From Octopus bimaculoides (taxonomy: Eukaryota): a stretch of DNA of 64,000 nucleotides. Numbering within the stretch: the first letter of the stretch is position 1; the number at the start of each line of letters is the position of its first letter. The notes below the pieces were generated by a model. The model made no database searches, had not been told where the DNA came from, and saw only the letters and a program-made list of their open reading frames with translations. The translations under genes and the position numbers were made by a program. Positions 28,158 to 40,200 of the stretch are shown here, piece after piece. The stretch spans positions 43,142,293 to 43,206,292 of the forward strand of contig NC_068985.1 of assembly GCF_001194135.2 (NCBI RefSeq). The letters run 5' to 3'.

Positions 28158-28945
28158 NNNNNNNNNNNNNNNNNNNNNNNNNNNNNNNNNNNNNNNNNNN
28201 NNNNNNNNNNNNNNNNNNNNNNNNNNNNNNNNNNNNNNNNNNNNNNNNNNNNNNNNNNNNNNNNNNNNNNNNNNNNNNNNNNNNNNNNNNNNNNNNNNNN
28301 NNNNNNNNNNNNNNNNNNNNNNNNNNNNNNNNNNNNNNNNNNNNNNNNNNNNNNNNNNNNNNNNNNNNNNNNNNNNNNNNNNNNNNNNNNNNNNNNNNNN
28401 NNNNNNNNNNNNNNNNNNNNNNNNNNNNNNNNNNNNNNNNNNNNNNNNNNNNNNNNNNNNNNNNNNNNNNNNNNNNNNNNNNNNNNNNNNNNNNNNNNNN
28501 NNNNNNNNNNNNNNNNNNNNNNNNNNNNNNNNNNNNNNNNNNNNNNNNNNNNNNNNNNNNNNNNNNNNNNNNNNNNNNNNNNNNNNNNNNNNNNNNNNNN
28601 NNNNNNNNNNNNNNNNNNNNNNNNNNNNNNNNNNNNNNNNNNNNNNNNNNNNNNNNNNNNNNNNNNNNNNNNNNNNNNNNNNNNNNNNNNNNNNNNNNNN
28701 NNNNNNNNNNNNNNNNNNNNNNNNNNNNNNNNNNNNNNNNNNNNNNNNNNNNNNNNNNNNNNNNNNNNNNNNNNNNNNNNNNNNNNNNNNNNNNNNNNNN
28801 NNNNNNNNNNNNNNNNNNNNNNNNNNNNNNNNNNNNNNNNNNNNNNNNNNNNNNNNNNNNNNNNNNNNNNNNNNNNNNNNNNNNNNNNNNNNNNNNNNNN
28901 NNNNNNNNNNNNNNNNNNNNNNNNNNNNNNNNNNNNNNNNNNNNN
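28158..28945. other. Assembly gap (N run); others at ~34720, ~35282, ~48946, ~60405 and 61356-61703
   Basis: N characters. Most gaps abut (TA)n or homopolymer runs. Confidence 0.99.
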
Positions 28946-28955
28946 GTTTCTACGT

Positions 28956-29325
28956 GGAGGCGCAATGGCCCAGTGGTTAGGGCAGCGGACTCGTGGTCAT
29001 AGGATCGCGGTTTTGATTCCCAGACCGGGCGTTGTGAGTGTTTATTGAGCGAAAACACCTAAAGCTCAACGAGGCTCCGGCAGGGGATGGTGGTGAACCC
29101 TGCTGTACTCTTTCACCACAACTTTCTCTCACTCTTACTTCCTGTTTCTGTTGCGCCTATAATTCAAAGGGTCAGCCTTGTCACACTGTATATCCCCGAG
29201 AACTATGTTAAGGGTACACGTGTCTGTGGAGTGCTCAGCCACTTGCACGTTAATTTCATGAGCGGGCTGTTCCGTTGATTGGAACCCTTGACGTCGTAAG
29301 CGACGGAGTGCCAACAACAACAACA
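28956..29325 (+). mobile_element. tRNA-derived SINE, complete and CpG-retaining
   Basis: Pol III A box TGGCCCAGTGG (28966-28976), B box GGTTTTGATTCC (29009-29020), ~300 nt body, (CAA)n tail. Confidence 0.85.
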
Positions 29326-32097
29326 CGGTTTCCACAGCTGGATGCCTTTCTTAATACCAACCATTTTACAGAGTGTACTCGGTATTTTTTTGCGACACGA
29401 GCAGTGATGAGGTCACCAAGTATTCACAAGACAAGACTCCTCAACTGAGTAGGGTATAATAATGAGGGATGTGAAAATATAATAAATGGACAGGAGCAAG
29501 TGTCCTGCTGAAGATGTAAATACTTAGCTTCCACCATCTGGAAAGAGAGAAAATAGGAATATAGGAATTGTGCATCAGATAAAATGTCTCAGTATTCATT
29601 CAGGCATCTGCACTCTGAATTCAACTTTGTTTTACATTCCTTCAGCACCAATAGATGAAGTACCAACTGATACATCATCATCTTCCCACCCCTCTCTTTC
29701 TCTTTAGAAGAAATTGTCTGTAGTTAAGATCTGGAGAGGGATGGGCTTCACCAGGTTTAGATACCACAAAACCAGCATCGAGTGCTACAGTATTGGAGTT
29801 CAGGAGCCTCAATTGCCCCTAAATATAATTTAATTATATAGTTAGAGAAGTCCACTGGCAGAATTATTAGTGTTAGACAAAATGCCTTGTGGATATTTGT
29901 TCTTGCTTTTTATGTTGTGAGTTCAAATTCTGCTGAAATCAACTTTACCTTTCATCCCTCCAAGGTTGATAAATAAAATACTACTTGAGTACTACAGTTG
30001 ATTTAATTGTTAAACCCTGCTCCTCCCAAATTTCAGTTCTTGTGTTATATATTGACTGGGAGGTTGGGGTACCCACTGGCTTGGTACAGCACCCAAGTTT
30101 GGAAGCATAAATATGTTGTATATATCTATATACAAAAGAAGATAATATGTATTTTATTTATGACATACATAAAACAAGAGATGTATTACAATTTATAGTA
30201 AGAGTTTATACGTCTTCACTTTTAACATTATGCTTTACAATACATGCTTTAGTTTGCTCAGATCTTACGACTCAACTGATTGCTGGTTAGAAAACGATTT
30301 ATCTCACAGAATCACATTAAAATCAGCATAGCATAGGATTTATTCCTTAGATGTTTCAACGACGAAAGCAATTCAGTTAGACAGATTTATTGTCGGATAT
30401 TAAAAAAACAAATTTTTAACTTAACATCCTCTTCTAAAAGGTGAGGATTCTTTAAACCAAATTTATATCCGATTAAAAAGTTTTATTCATGCTGCTTGGA
30501 AATTTGTTACAGAATATTAAAATCATTTCTACAACAAAACTGCAGCAACGAATAATGAAAAATTAGTGAAAAACACTGATTTCATCCTGAATGAAGCCGA
30601 GACAGAATTTCTATTTTAAATCTGATTTAATAGATAAATAGATAAATAGATAAATATAACTAAAATCAAATTAAGATGGTGGTAAAACAGTGAATAACAT
30701 AGTAACCCAATTTTAATCTTAAATTTCAGTCAGTTGAGAAGCTAAAAAGCCAACATTATGTAGATTATGTTCTTGGTATATTTTAATCTACAGCATAGTA
30801 TCCAGAAAGATGTAATAATGCTTACGTTTTTTGTAACAAAATGTTCATTTCGAGATTCCCACATATCAAATTTTCATTTCTACATTTTTTAATCGTGCTT
30901 TCCCTATCGTTATCATTATTATACGAGCAGATACACTTTTAAAATTAAAAGTTAACAGAATATATTTGAAATTATAAATACAATAATTTTACTTCCATAG
31001 TAAAAAAAAAAAATGAACACATTTAAAAATTCTAGCGACTTCTTTTCGTTACTTAGATTTAGCAACTTTGAAATTATTCTAACGTAAAGTTTAGAACTAA
31101 TAAGTTAAACGGCAAATAAGCTATTTCGACGATGGTCCTCATTGTACTGTCAAAACTGATACAAGAATTTTTCCTCATTCAAACAATGACGTTTTCTCTA
31201 AACTCCGTTTCACAGAGACTAATAATAACCAAAAGTAAACCATTTATTGTCTCCCAACAAGAATTCTTTTAAATATATATAATTCCTAATCAAAATTGTT
31301 TATTATTGCTTCAATAATTCATTTACGGTAAGTCAAGTTATTGGTAAATTAAAAAAAATATAAAAGCAAATGTCAGAAGAGTTGTACATTTAGATTTAAT
31401 GGAAATTTCCCTTTGAATCCGTACAAAAATCCATGTATTATATAACATCGACGGAGATCTAGGAGAGAATTCATATCTAAAGAACAAAATGGAAATGGTT
31501 AATTTTTTTTTATTCACTCCACACGAAATAATCCCTTTCAAATTATTCTTACAATAATTTTCGAACACGGCAATATTGAGAAAAATCTAAACACACACAA
31601 GTAATAAATATATTAATAATCATTTCTTTAATCTAATAAAATTATATTTCATAAAATTTAATTTCTCCATTCACGATGTCTAAATTCATTAGACGTACTT
31701 TTAAATTGAGGAGACTACCACTTCAAACATATATCTTGGTCTTAATTACGGTTGCTTTTTTTTATTTTTTTATTTTACCTACAATCTAATAAATAGTAGT
31801 AAATATTTGATGGCTCAAGATGCAGTTATAATTATTGCAAGCAACGAATAAGTAAACGAATAATTAAAAGATTTTTAATTTTACAATAATCATTACATTT
31901 GGAAATTGATAAGCCGAGCATGTTTTAACTAGCTCTCATCGAACTCAGTATTTAAGGAAAATTCTGGCCCTCATCTCCCTAATTCACTTATATCACAACC
32001 CTTCTGAATTTCTACATACAAAAGAACTTCAAGTCATAGGTGCTAGCTTCTTGATCTCTAATTATAAATGTAGAAAATGGAGAACTAAACACTGCGT

Positions 32098-32128
<31 letters not shown>

Positions 32129-32131
32129 TGA

Positions 32132-32164
<33 letters not shown>

Positions 32165-32599
32165 TATATAAACACACATATATACAAAGGCTTAGAATGA
32201 CCATAAACAAGGTTAATTGAGAGAGCAGAATACATAATAAGCTTTCGGTAGGAGAGACAAGCTATTTAAAACAGCTGATTATATAAAACTGATCGTTGCT
32301 TTTATAATTTTACGCTAAAGACGAGTTTTTCACAATATGAAGAACGAAGTAGTGCTTTAAGAACAATAAAATACATTAGAAATATATTCCAAGAAGCACA
32401 CACACACATATATAAATATATATATTTATATACACACACACATATGTATAGTCGTTTTGAAATCTAAAACTTATTTTTTTACATAGAAAGATATCTTTAT
32501 GCGTATGCGTGGTTGGGAAACGAAACTCAAACAAACGGTTCATAAAAGAGACGATAGATTAGAAAAGGATAATAAAGAAGCACTGAAATGTAGACATAC

Positions 32600-32798
32600 C
32601 TCGATACATCTGAGCAATAGCAGTGGCCGAATTCTGAAAAGCCGACCAAAGTTTTTGAGCAGCGTATTCTCTTTCTGTTTGCAATCTCTCCTCCATGTTG
32701 GGCTCAGCGTCCAGTTCTTGGAGGCACTGACTCTCGAAATTGTTTAGCCAGTTCTCTCCCAGCTGATCCGATTGCTGCTGGCCTTCGTCTTGAGCCAT
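32600..32798 (-). CDS. HAPSTR1: HAPSTR1/C16orf72 (UPF0472) homolog, first coding exon
   Basis: ATG in a GCCATGG Kozak context. 66 codons + 1 nt: MAQDEGQQQSDQLGENWLNNFESQCLQELDAEPNMEERLQTEREYAAQKLWSAFQNSATAIAQMYR, then donor G|GTATGT (phase 1). Matches recalled human motifs 'HWFSKWERQCLAE' and 'QQKLWHLFQNSATAVAQLYK'. Confidence 0.93.
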
Positions 32799-34432
32799 GG
32801 CAATGAAATGAAATCTGTGCCGCCAGTATTCCGGCTATTGTTTCGTCTCTCTCCCCTACTTTATTTATTTTCTTTTTTTTTTTTTTAATCTTTTGCAGCT
32901 ACAGAAAACTTTGACGAGGAAACAACTCTTTTCTCAACAGCATGATGATGATGGCGTATATCAATGAGAAAAGGGTGAAAGGATGGGGACAAAAAAAAAA
33001 AAAAAGGTAGCGGTCGGTCAAAGTAATATGAAAGAAGGGCGGCGGCGACAACGGAGGAGATGGTGGTAGAGTAGATATACTTTCATACGTAATAAGGAGC
33101 GCTGCTTATTTTTAACGTTTACATAAACTGAGCGCTCATCAACTCTAATGAAGAAGAAAATAAAAAAAGCTGGAATACCGGTAAAGATTAACCAATACAC
33201 AAGCGTAGTTATTAACAGTGATACGTTGTTCTTAGTTTCAAATATATAGCAGGGTAACCCAAGTAGTAGATAGATATTGGTGTATATATATATACATACA
33301 TATAGACGTATGTAAATGTGTTGTAGGAGACCCCTGCAATAGAAAATAGACAGAGTTTTAGTAGTGGGTTGCCTTTTTTTTTTCTCCAATTATTATGAAA
33401 AATCTGTATGAAATAATAATAACTAAGTTATCTTTCACGGTGGAACAATATATTGTATTATTCTCTCAATTTTTTCCCCTTCATTACACTATCTTCCGTA
33501 TTGCGTTTCTTCCGTCTCCTCCAACTTTATTCCGGAAGAACTAGCTTACGCACGCGCATTGCCTCAAAAAACAAAAAAAAAGATATTCGCACAGAGATAC
33601 GTATACATATATATACACAGAAAGATAAACATACTCACGCAGAGGCACACTGGTACACACATATACGCACACCTTCACTCCGTACGAACCGGAAATAATC
33701 AAAGGAGTTTCACTTCCTTTACAAAACAAAGACTAATGTTGTAAACACTAATAAATTTGGTATGAATAAAAAGAATAAACTTAATTACTGACATACGATA
33801 AACATTTATAATTTCTTAGAAAGTAACTGAGAAAATCGATTTTCGTCATATACATATGTGTATGTGTGTGTGTATGTATACATTTTCGATTTTATGAACG
33901 TCATTTACCGTAGTAATCGATTAAAATGAAACTGAACATTCAGAGATTACAGCTGTTCTCCCTAATTTATTTATAGAAATATATCATTTCAAGTATGCCA
34001 AAATTGTAACTCATTAACAGTATTTTAGATATCACACGCGTGTATATATAAGTATATAGATATATATATACACACACACACACACACAAAACGGAATATT
34101 CCGATTAGCTACGATTGTTATAAATGAACAAATGTTTATATTATTTCTTTAAAAAGAAATAAAATGATAGAATAAGCTAATATTGTCTCAAGCTTTAATA
34201 CATAAAACCTGATCTAAATTTTAACCAATGTGAGAATTGAACAATTAGGCTACTAGAGCAGGTTATCCGATCTAGTGCGACGGAATATACCGGGAAAATC
34301 CGAAAATAATCGGAGCGAATCCAACCGAAGAACAACGACGCCAAAGCAAAGATTACCGCCACGAAGTTGTGAATTTTTTTTTTTTTCGTTTTTACTTGAA
34401 ACCGAACGACGCTGCCTCTGGCCGCAACAGAC
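32799..34432. promoter_or_regulatory. Putative bidirectional promoter and 5'UTR interval between HAPSTR1 and USP7
   Basis: 1634 nt between the two divergent ATGs, with no recognisable transposon. CpG-rich patches at ~33010-33110, 33490-33700 and 34260-34500. ETS-type CCGGAAG at 33532-33538 and CCGGAAAT at 33689-33696; AACCAATG (CCAAT box) at 34223-34230. TSSs are not mapped. Confidence 0.65.
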
Positions 34433-34460
34433 ATGACAGCCAAGGTCTCTCCGTCGGACG
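34433..34460 (+). CDS. USP7: Candidate alternative/upstream first coding exon of USP7 (MTAKVSPSD + G)
   Basis: First ATG after a CpG-rich, ATG-free leader. Nine codons + 1 nt followed by a consensus donor G|GTGAGT. Phase 1, compatible with the exon at 59047. No transcript evidence. Confidence 0.55.
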
Positions 34461-34524
34461 GTGAGTATAGAGGATCGCGTATTACTAAAGCGAGCGGCTT
34501 ACCCAACCTTCCCAAGCATGGTAG

Positions 34525-34536
34525 GCGGCCATCTTG
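34525..34536 (-). promoter_or_regulatory. YY1-like motif just downstream of the candidate USP7 exon 1a
   Basis: Plus strand GCGGCCATCTTG, reverse complement CAAGATGGCCGC, close to the YY1 consensus CAAGATGGCGGC typical of TSS-proximal sites. Motif match only. Confidence 0.45.
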
Positions 34537-35234
34537 TTTATTTTTGTTCATCTTCGACCTGGAAGTGAAGAAATAGAAGAACCAACTTCAATCCCTCCAT
34601 TCGCTTCATTTCTACCAGCTTCCAAATCAACAACAAACCTCACATTGCCTAAATAACATTTTTCTTTTGCCTTCTGTTATATCTATTTATATATATATAT
34701 ATATATATACACCTGTTCNNNNNNNNNNATATATATATAATACCCTTAGTTCTCTCTCTCTCTCTCTCTCTCTCAAATATATTTATGTATACGAAAATAT
34801 ACATGTTTGTTCTTCCACCGTATGTATATATAGGTTGTCGTCCTAAACTAACAAATTACAGAGATCGTATACATAGCTGACCAAATTGAGTTTTACTACG
34901 CATCTATATAACCAGTTTTTTCCTTTTTTTTTTTCCTGTCAGTATCCACCTTGTTACTTACATTGACCAAATTCTTGCACCGATTTTTTTTTTCTATCTT
35001 ATCCATTACGTACACACCAAAACAAAAATGCCTACTTTAACTGTTGTAAGTTTAATGCTTTAATGTGACATTATTGGCAAATTAGTTAACTGTGTGGAAA
35101 AAGAAAAAAAAAAGAACAGAAAATATCTATCTAATATATATTTACCATTCATTTATTTACATAGTTGTCTATCTGGAAACATCGTCTCCCACATATATCT
35201 CCATTTGTTTAGTTTATACATATAGCGTATAGTG

Positions 35235-35270
<36 letters not shown>

Positions 35271-35291
35271 CATATATATATNNNNNNNNNN

Positions 35292-35335
<44 letters not shown>

Positions 35336-36018
35336 CTATTTCTGTTTCTCTCTATATGTATTTTATGTGTCGAGCAATAATAGTAGGACATTTAAGTCGA
35401 TATTGCTCTCTTTAAAGCTTTCTCTCAAGAACATTCTTACCTTCCATAAGTATTAAGAGAACATTTTTTCAGCAACGTAGTTATTATCCAAACTAATTCT
35501 AATACATTGATTTATATTTTTAACCATTGAGATTATCGTTATTTTTTGTAATTACCGTTGCAACCTGCATTTCTCTATTAATATTAGTATTATTTTATTA
35601 TATAATATTGACAGTATTAATTAATTTGAAAGCAAATCATTTCTTATTAATATTACTGTTATTGACTGAAATTGCAAACATAAACACACCTACACTTTAT
35701 ATGCATACTTAAAATAAACACATATAAATTCAATTATATATATATATATCTACATATCCACACACAAGTACTTTATTTTTCCCCTTTGCTCGGTCGATCG
35801 TTCCCCCACACAGGGAAACCTTTTAATTGTTCGCCTACTTAACTAGCCGGGAGTGCTTTGTCCCTTCCCCCGTGGTGGAAGGGGTCTGAAATACTGCAGA
35901 CATTGGGCGCATCACCAGTAAACACGTCAAAGTGACTGTGTCGCAGAAAAGTCCTTCGACTCCGAGGCGAGAACATCGCCATAAGACGGTCACTGGAGGC
36001 GCTGGCGAGGAGGACACG

Positions 36019-36124
36019 ATGAACCATGTTAATGGCAAGACGGCAGACACACAGGAGGCTGAGCAGCCACTACTGCACCAACAACAACAACAACCGCAAG
36101 ATGTTGAGATGGAATCCAGAGAGG
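36019..36124 (+). CDS. USP7: USP7 (HAUSP) first coding exon with short polyQ
   Basis: MNHVNGKTADTQEAEQPLLHQQQQQPQDVEMESRE + G|GTTAGC (phase 1). Resembles recalled human N-terminus MNHQQQQQQQ...EPEDMEMEAG. Phase matches the exon at 59047. No ATG in the preceding ~200 nt. Confidence 0.85.
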
Positions 36125-37240
36125 GTTAGCAATAATATATTTATATATATATATATATACACATACATACACATATAAACATATACATATATATCATCTC
36201 ATCTCATAGTATTTTTTTTTTTAATCATTTCAGTTTTAATGTTTCAATCATTATTGCTACTGTTCTTTGTTGTTATTCTATTCTTCATATGTAATATTTT
36301 CAGAATTGTTTTTATTTTTCATTTGTTTAAGAAAGGAAGGAGGATCAGTTTGAAGTAATCTTTTCCCTTTCCAAACTTCTCTTTTCCTGTTCTCAATCTT
36401 AATAAGACCGTTCTCTTTTCTATCTTTATAATTTCTCATCTTTATATTTCATCTTACCATAATCTGTTCTTTATTAATTTCCTCCCCGTTTTTAGAAATT
36501 AAACCACTAAAATATATTTGCAATAAATAAATAAATAATATATGATGGAGTAATCTCATCTAGCTATGCCAATGTATCATGGTAGAAGAGAAAATAGGGG
36601 GATGAAATGGTTATAATGTGAGGGACCTGTATTAGATGAATTCAGTATATAAACTGGTCCCCCACTTTTAATCAGCTATTAAATAACATTGCACCGGTCA
36701 TTCTGTTTCCAATCCAATTAATACTCTTTACATTTAAAGTATTTTCTAGTTATTTCCTATAAATTATGCATCTAATAAAGATCCATCTATTTACTTATTT
36801 CAAACACAGCCAAGAACGCTCCATCTTTTTCTCCATTATTGTAGACGTCTCCGTTATAACTCTCTCTCTCGTATCTTTTAGTCCTCCCCATATATTATTA
36901 CTATTGAATTCCTTATATTTTTCCTCATCGATCGATCAATGGAAACTTTAGTTTCATTGCTCACTTCATTGCACATTGTTGGATGTTTATATGAATACAT
37001 GTATGTGTGCGTGTATATGTAGATATATACACACACATACCACGTATATATACGTTAAAAATGAAAACGCCTGTCCTTTTATATTTAAACTAAAACCACC
37101 AGTTTATGTAATATTACTGTTTTATTTTGTCAATTTTATCCGTGAAATATTTTTATATATAACCATTTATTTTGCTTGGACATCCCCCCCTCCATCTGGC
37201 CTCCATTTTCTATTTAATGTTTGGTTAAAGATGCGTAAAG

Positions 37241-37290
<50 letters not shown>

Positions 37291-40200
37291 CACATGCACA
37301 CGCAATAAATATGGTTGTTGCTTTAGATAGTGATTTAATTAATCCAGCTACATAGCTGTTACCGAGAAGAAACTAGTCTACTCAATATAAGTGACTACCG
37401 TTAATGTCTGTACAACATCATTGTACTGTTGGCCATTTCTTGACAATGAACACCATATATTTAAAGAATTTAAGATCTATGTGAGCCAGAAGATGTTGTG
37501 AACTCTTTGTATTATTATTATTATTGTATCTGCGACATAACCATCTTTCTCCTTCACCGACCATTGGTGAGGAAACAGTTGAACAGCTTGTTCTTTTTAC
37601 CAACTCAAACTATATTAACACAATCCATTAAATTTCTCTCTTACATGTTGGTTTTCTTTACATTGCAATTAAAATATTTGGTATTTCCAAGATTAAGACG
37701 TTTCTCCATACATTTTATTTGTTCATTGCCATGTGGCAATGCACTGAAATGTGCATTTAACAATTATTAACTGAACTTGATATTAAAAATAACCACGTTG
37801 CTTTTTATATTACAAGAGAACAATAGCTTCCGGACGGTTCAGTATTTACGAAATAAAACCATCCTAGAATAAACATCTCAGTATATATAGATTATAAACA
37901 CGCAACAAACCTTTACAGTTAAGCTTTTCACAAAAATTATTAGGACATGATTTTTTTATATATATAATTATGTCGTTGAAAGATACTGTATCAGTTTTTA
38001 TACTTCGGATAGAAAATTTGCCTGAAATAGGAGAAAAATATTATATCACTTTATTCTTAATTTCATATTTGAAGATTATACGAGATCAGTTTACCTGACA
38101 TTTGTAACTGAACTTCGGTCATCTAAATTGAAAAATTAGAAATCTTGTTTTTGCTATCATAGTTTTGTAAATAAGTTTGTCACTGTTTTCTAAACATAAA
38201 ATTCAATTCTTTTTCAAATTTATATTTTTATTGTAGTTCTATAGAAAGCTGTGTTTCATATTATGTAGAACAGGGTGAAGGCTTATGTATGAAGCAGTGA
38301 TTAAAGAATGTTGTATTAAATGCTATTAACAGCTGTAGATAGTTGACAAGATTACCTTTATTTATAGTCACATAAAAACATAACTAAACTCTTCATAAAA
38401 TTTAGGTTGGATAAAGAACACCTTGTACGAATCAGTTAAAGAACTTTGTTTCCATTTATTTGTAGCTATTAATGTTTCCCCTTGTCTCGTAGGATCTTAC
38501 TTTAAAAGTTAATTTAATAAAGCTATTGCTACATCACAGTAACTTGTACTCTAGTTGGGGTTTTTTTTTCATATCTGCAGCATGTATTTGTGTATATAAA
38601 ACACCAGTGGCTCGTGCTAGTCCAATGTAGGCAATCAGCGCCTATCTAGAATATCTTCAGGAAAAACAGAAGCAGGGTTCTAATTATAGTGAACTCTGTT
38701 AAAGGTAGTCAAGAACCACAGTAGTATTCACATTCATTTTTCTAGTCTTATATATAGACTATGAACAGTCCATGGGAGTTCTCCAATAAAGATCACCTGT
38801 TAGAAATAGCAGACCTCCCTCAAATCACTCTCTATGGCCCTTAAATAAAAGGCTAATTTGTTCATAGATCACTTAAGGTCAGCACTATATAAGCCTTTTG
38901 ATTCTTAACTAAACTTAATTTTGTCATAAAAGTTTGTTCAATCCACTGTTGTTTGGTATTATTAAGTATTGAATCAGAATAAAGAAAAAGTTTCCATAAG
39001 ATTACTGAACAAAATAATGTGAGCTTGGTTCTGTGTCTGCTCTGTCGACCTGAACAGAGCAATCATATAGAATACCTTTCATGCTTCATAATAGCTAGAG
39101 CAAGATTGTTTTCATGAGTTTGGGCCAAATGGTTTTGCTATTGGATGTTTTTGGAACCATTTTAAATAAGAATTTGGAGTAGAACCTGTTTGTCAACCAG
39201 AAGCAGTTTTTTTTTTATCCAAGTGCAAGTGACTGGTTGTAGTCAAGTTTAAACTCTTGACCATATTGCCATAGTTCAGCAGCACTGTAACCTTACACAA
39301 ACTATTTGATCTTATTTCACCCAGAATTGGGTTTTGTTTGAGTGGACCCTCTTTAAGGTATTAATTTGGAATATAAAAAGTTCCTCTGAAAGTAGACAAA
39401 GGATATTAGTTTCTGTATAAACAAACAGTAGCAAAATTTTGTTTGTTGTTCAATTATTGCCATGGTTACCTTAAGTTATAAGTCATCTAGTGAAGCTGCT
39501 TACCTCAGTCACTGGAAGTTTTCTGACACTGCTGTGTAGCAGTTTCTCTATTATCAGTTCATTGACCTACTTGCTGTCAACACCTTTCCTCATTCTCGGA
39601 CACTTTTGCCAGAGCTATTAATGTAGAGTGAATATCTACAAAACATCCCATAATGAGAATTTGATAATTTAGTTTCATTTGACAAAAATACATCAACTTC
39701 ATGCAAACTTCCGGCATTGTCCTCTCAACTAAGTACCTCACATGCCTCAGCAATACTAAACTTATTCTTTCTGATAACTTTTCATAGAGGCCCGACATTC
39801 TTTACATTAGCCAAGTCAACCATTAAGACTGCAAACCCTAAATTTACTATACAAGTACAGTCACACATTCAGGATGTCTGTGTAGCATAGATTCTTCAAC
39901 CACTGGCTTTACTATAATCTGTGTCCTTACATTGTCTTTTCTACTATAGTTATCCCTTCATAGTGTTGTTCGTTTGGTTGCTGTTGTTTGTAACCAGTTT
40001 CTGATATCCAGCTAACATGTCTTTCCTTTAATAGGAAACGGGCCGGTTGCTGGTGTCTTTCTCACAAAAATTGAACTGTTTTAATCCAATAACTCATTTC
40101 GTAATTTTACACTGCAGCTATTTGTTTACAGTAGTGGTACCTACTTAGAGCTAAATAGGTGGGCAATTTAAAAAGTAAAATGTTTTGACCACAGTACAGG

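Noticed and set aside
28956-29030. Possible tRNA gene
   Set aside because: A and B boxes are present, but there is no clean acceptor stem or T-rich terminator, and it runs into a 300-nt SINE body whose 3' half is shared with another copy.
28132-29058. 308-aa ORF (also 61318-61755)
   Set aside because: Artefacts of translating through N gaps and microsatellites.
32559-32599. C-terminal GMSTFQCFFIILF of the track ORF 32559-32798
   Set aside because: Lies beyond the GTATGT donor; homology continues in the exon at 3516-3587.
33018-33389. 123-aa minus ORF upstream of HAPSTR1
   Set aside because: Non-ATG start, low complexity (IYIY), no recognisable homology. Only its internal ATG is noted as a possible uORF.
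34195-34551. 118-aa minus ORF over the USP7 exon 1a region
   Set aside because: No recognisable motif. Explained as antisense open frame over a GC-richer promoter/5'UTR.
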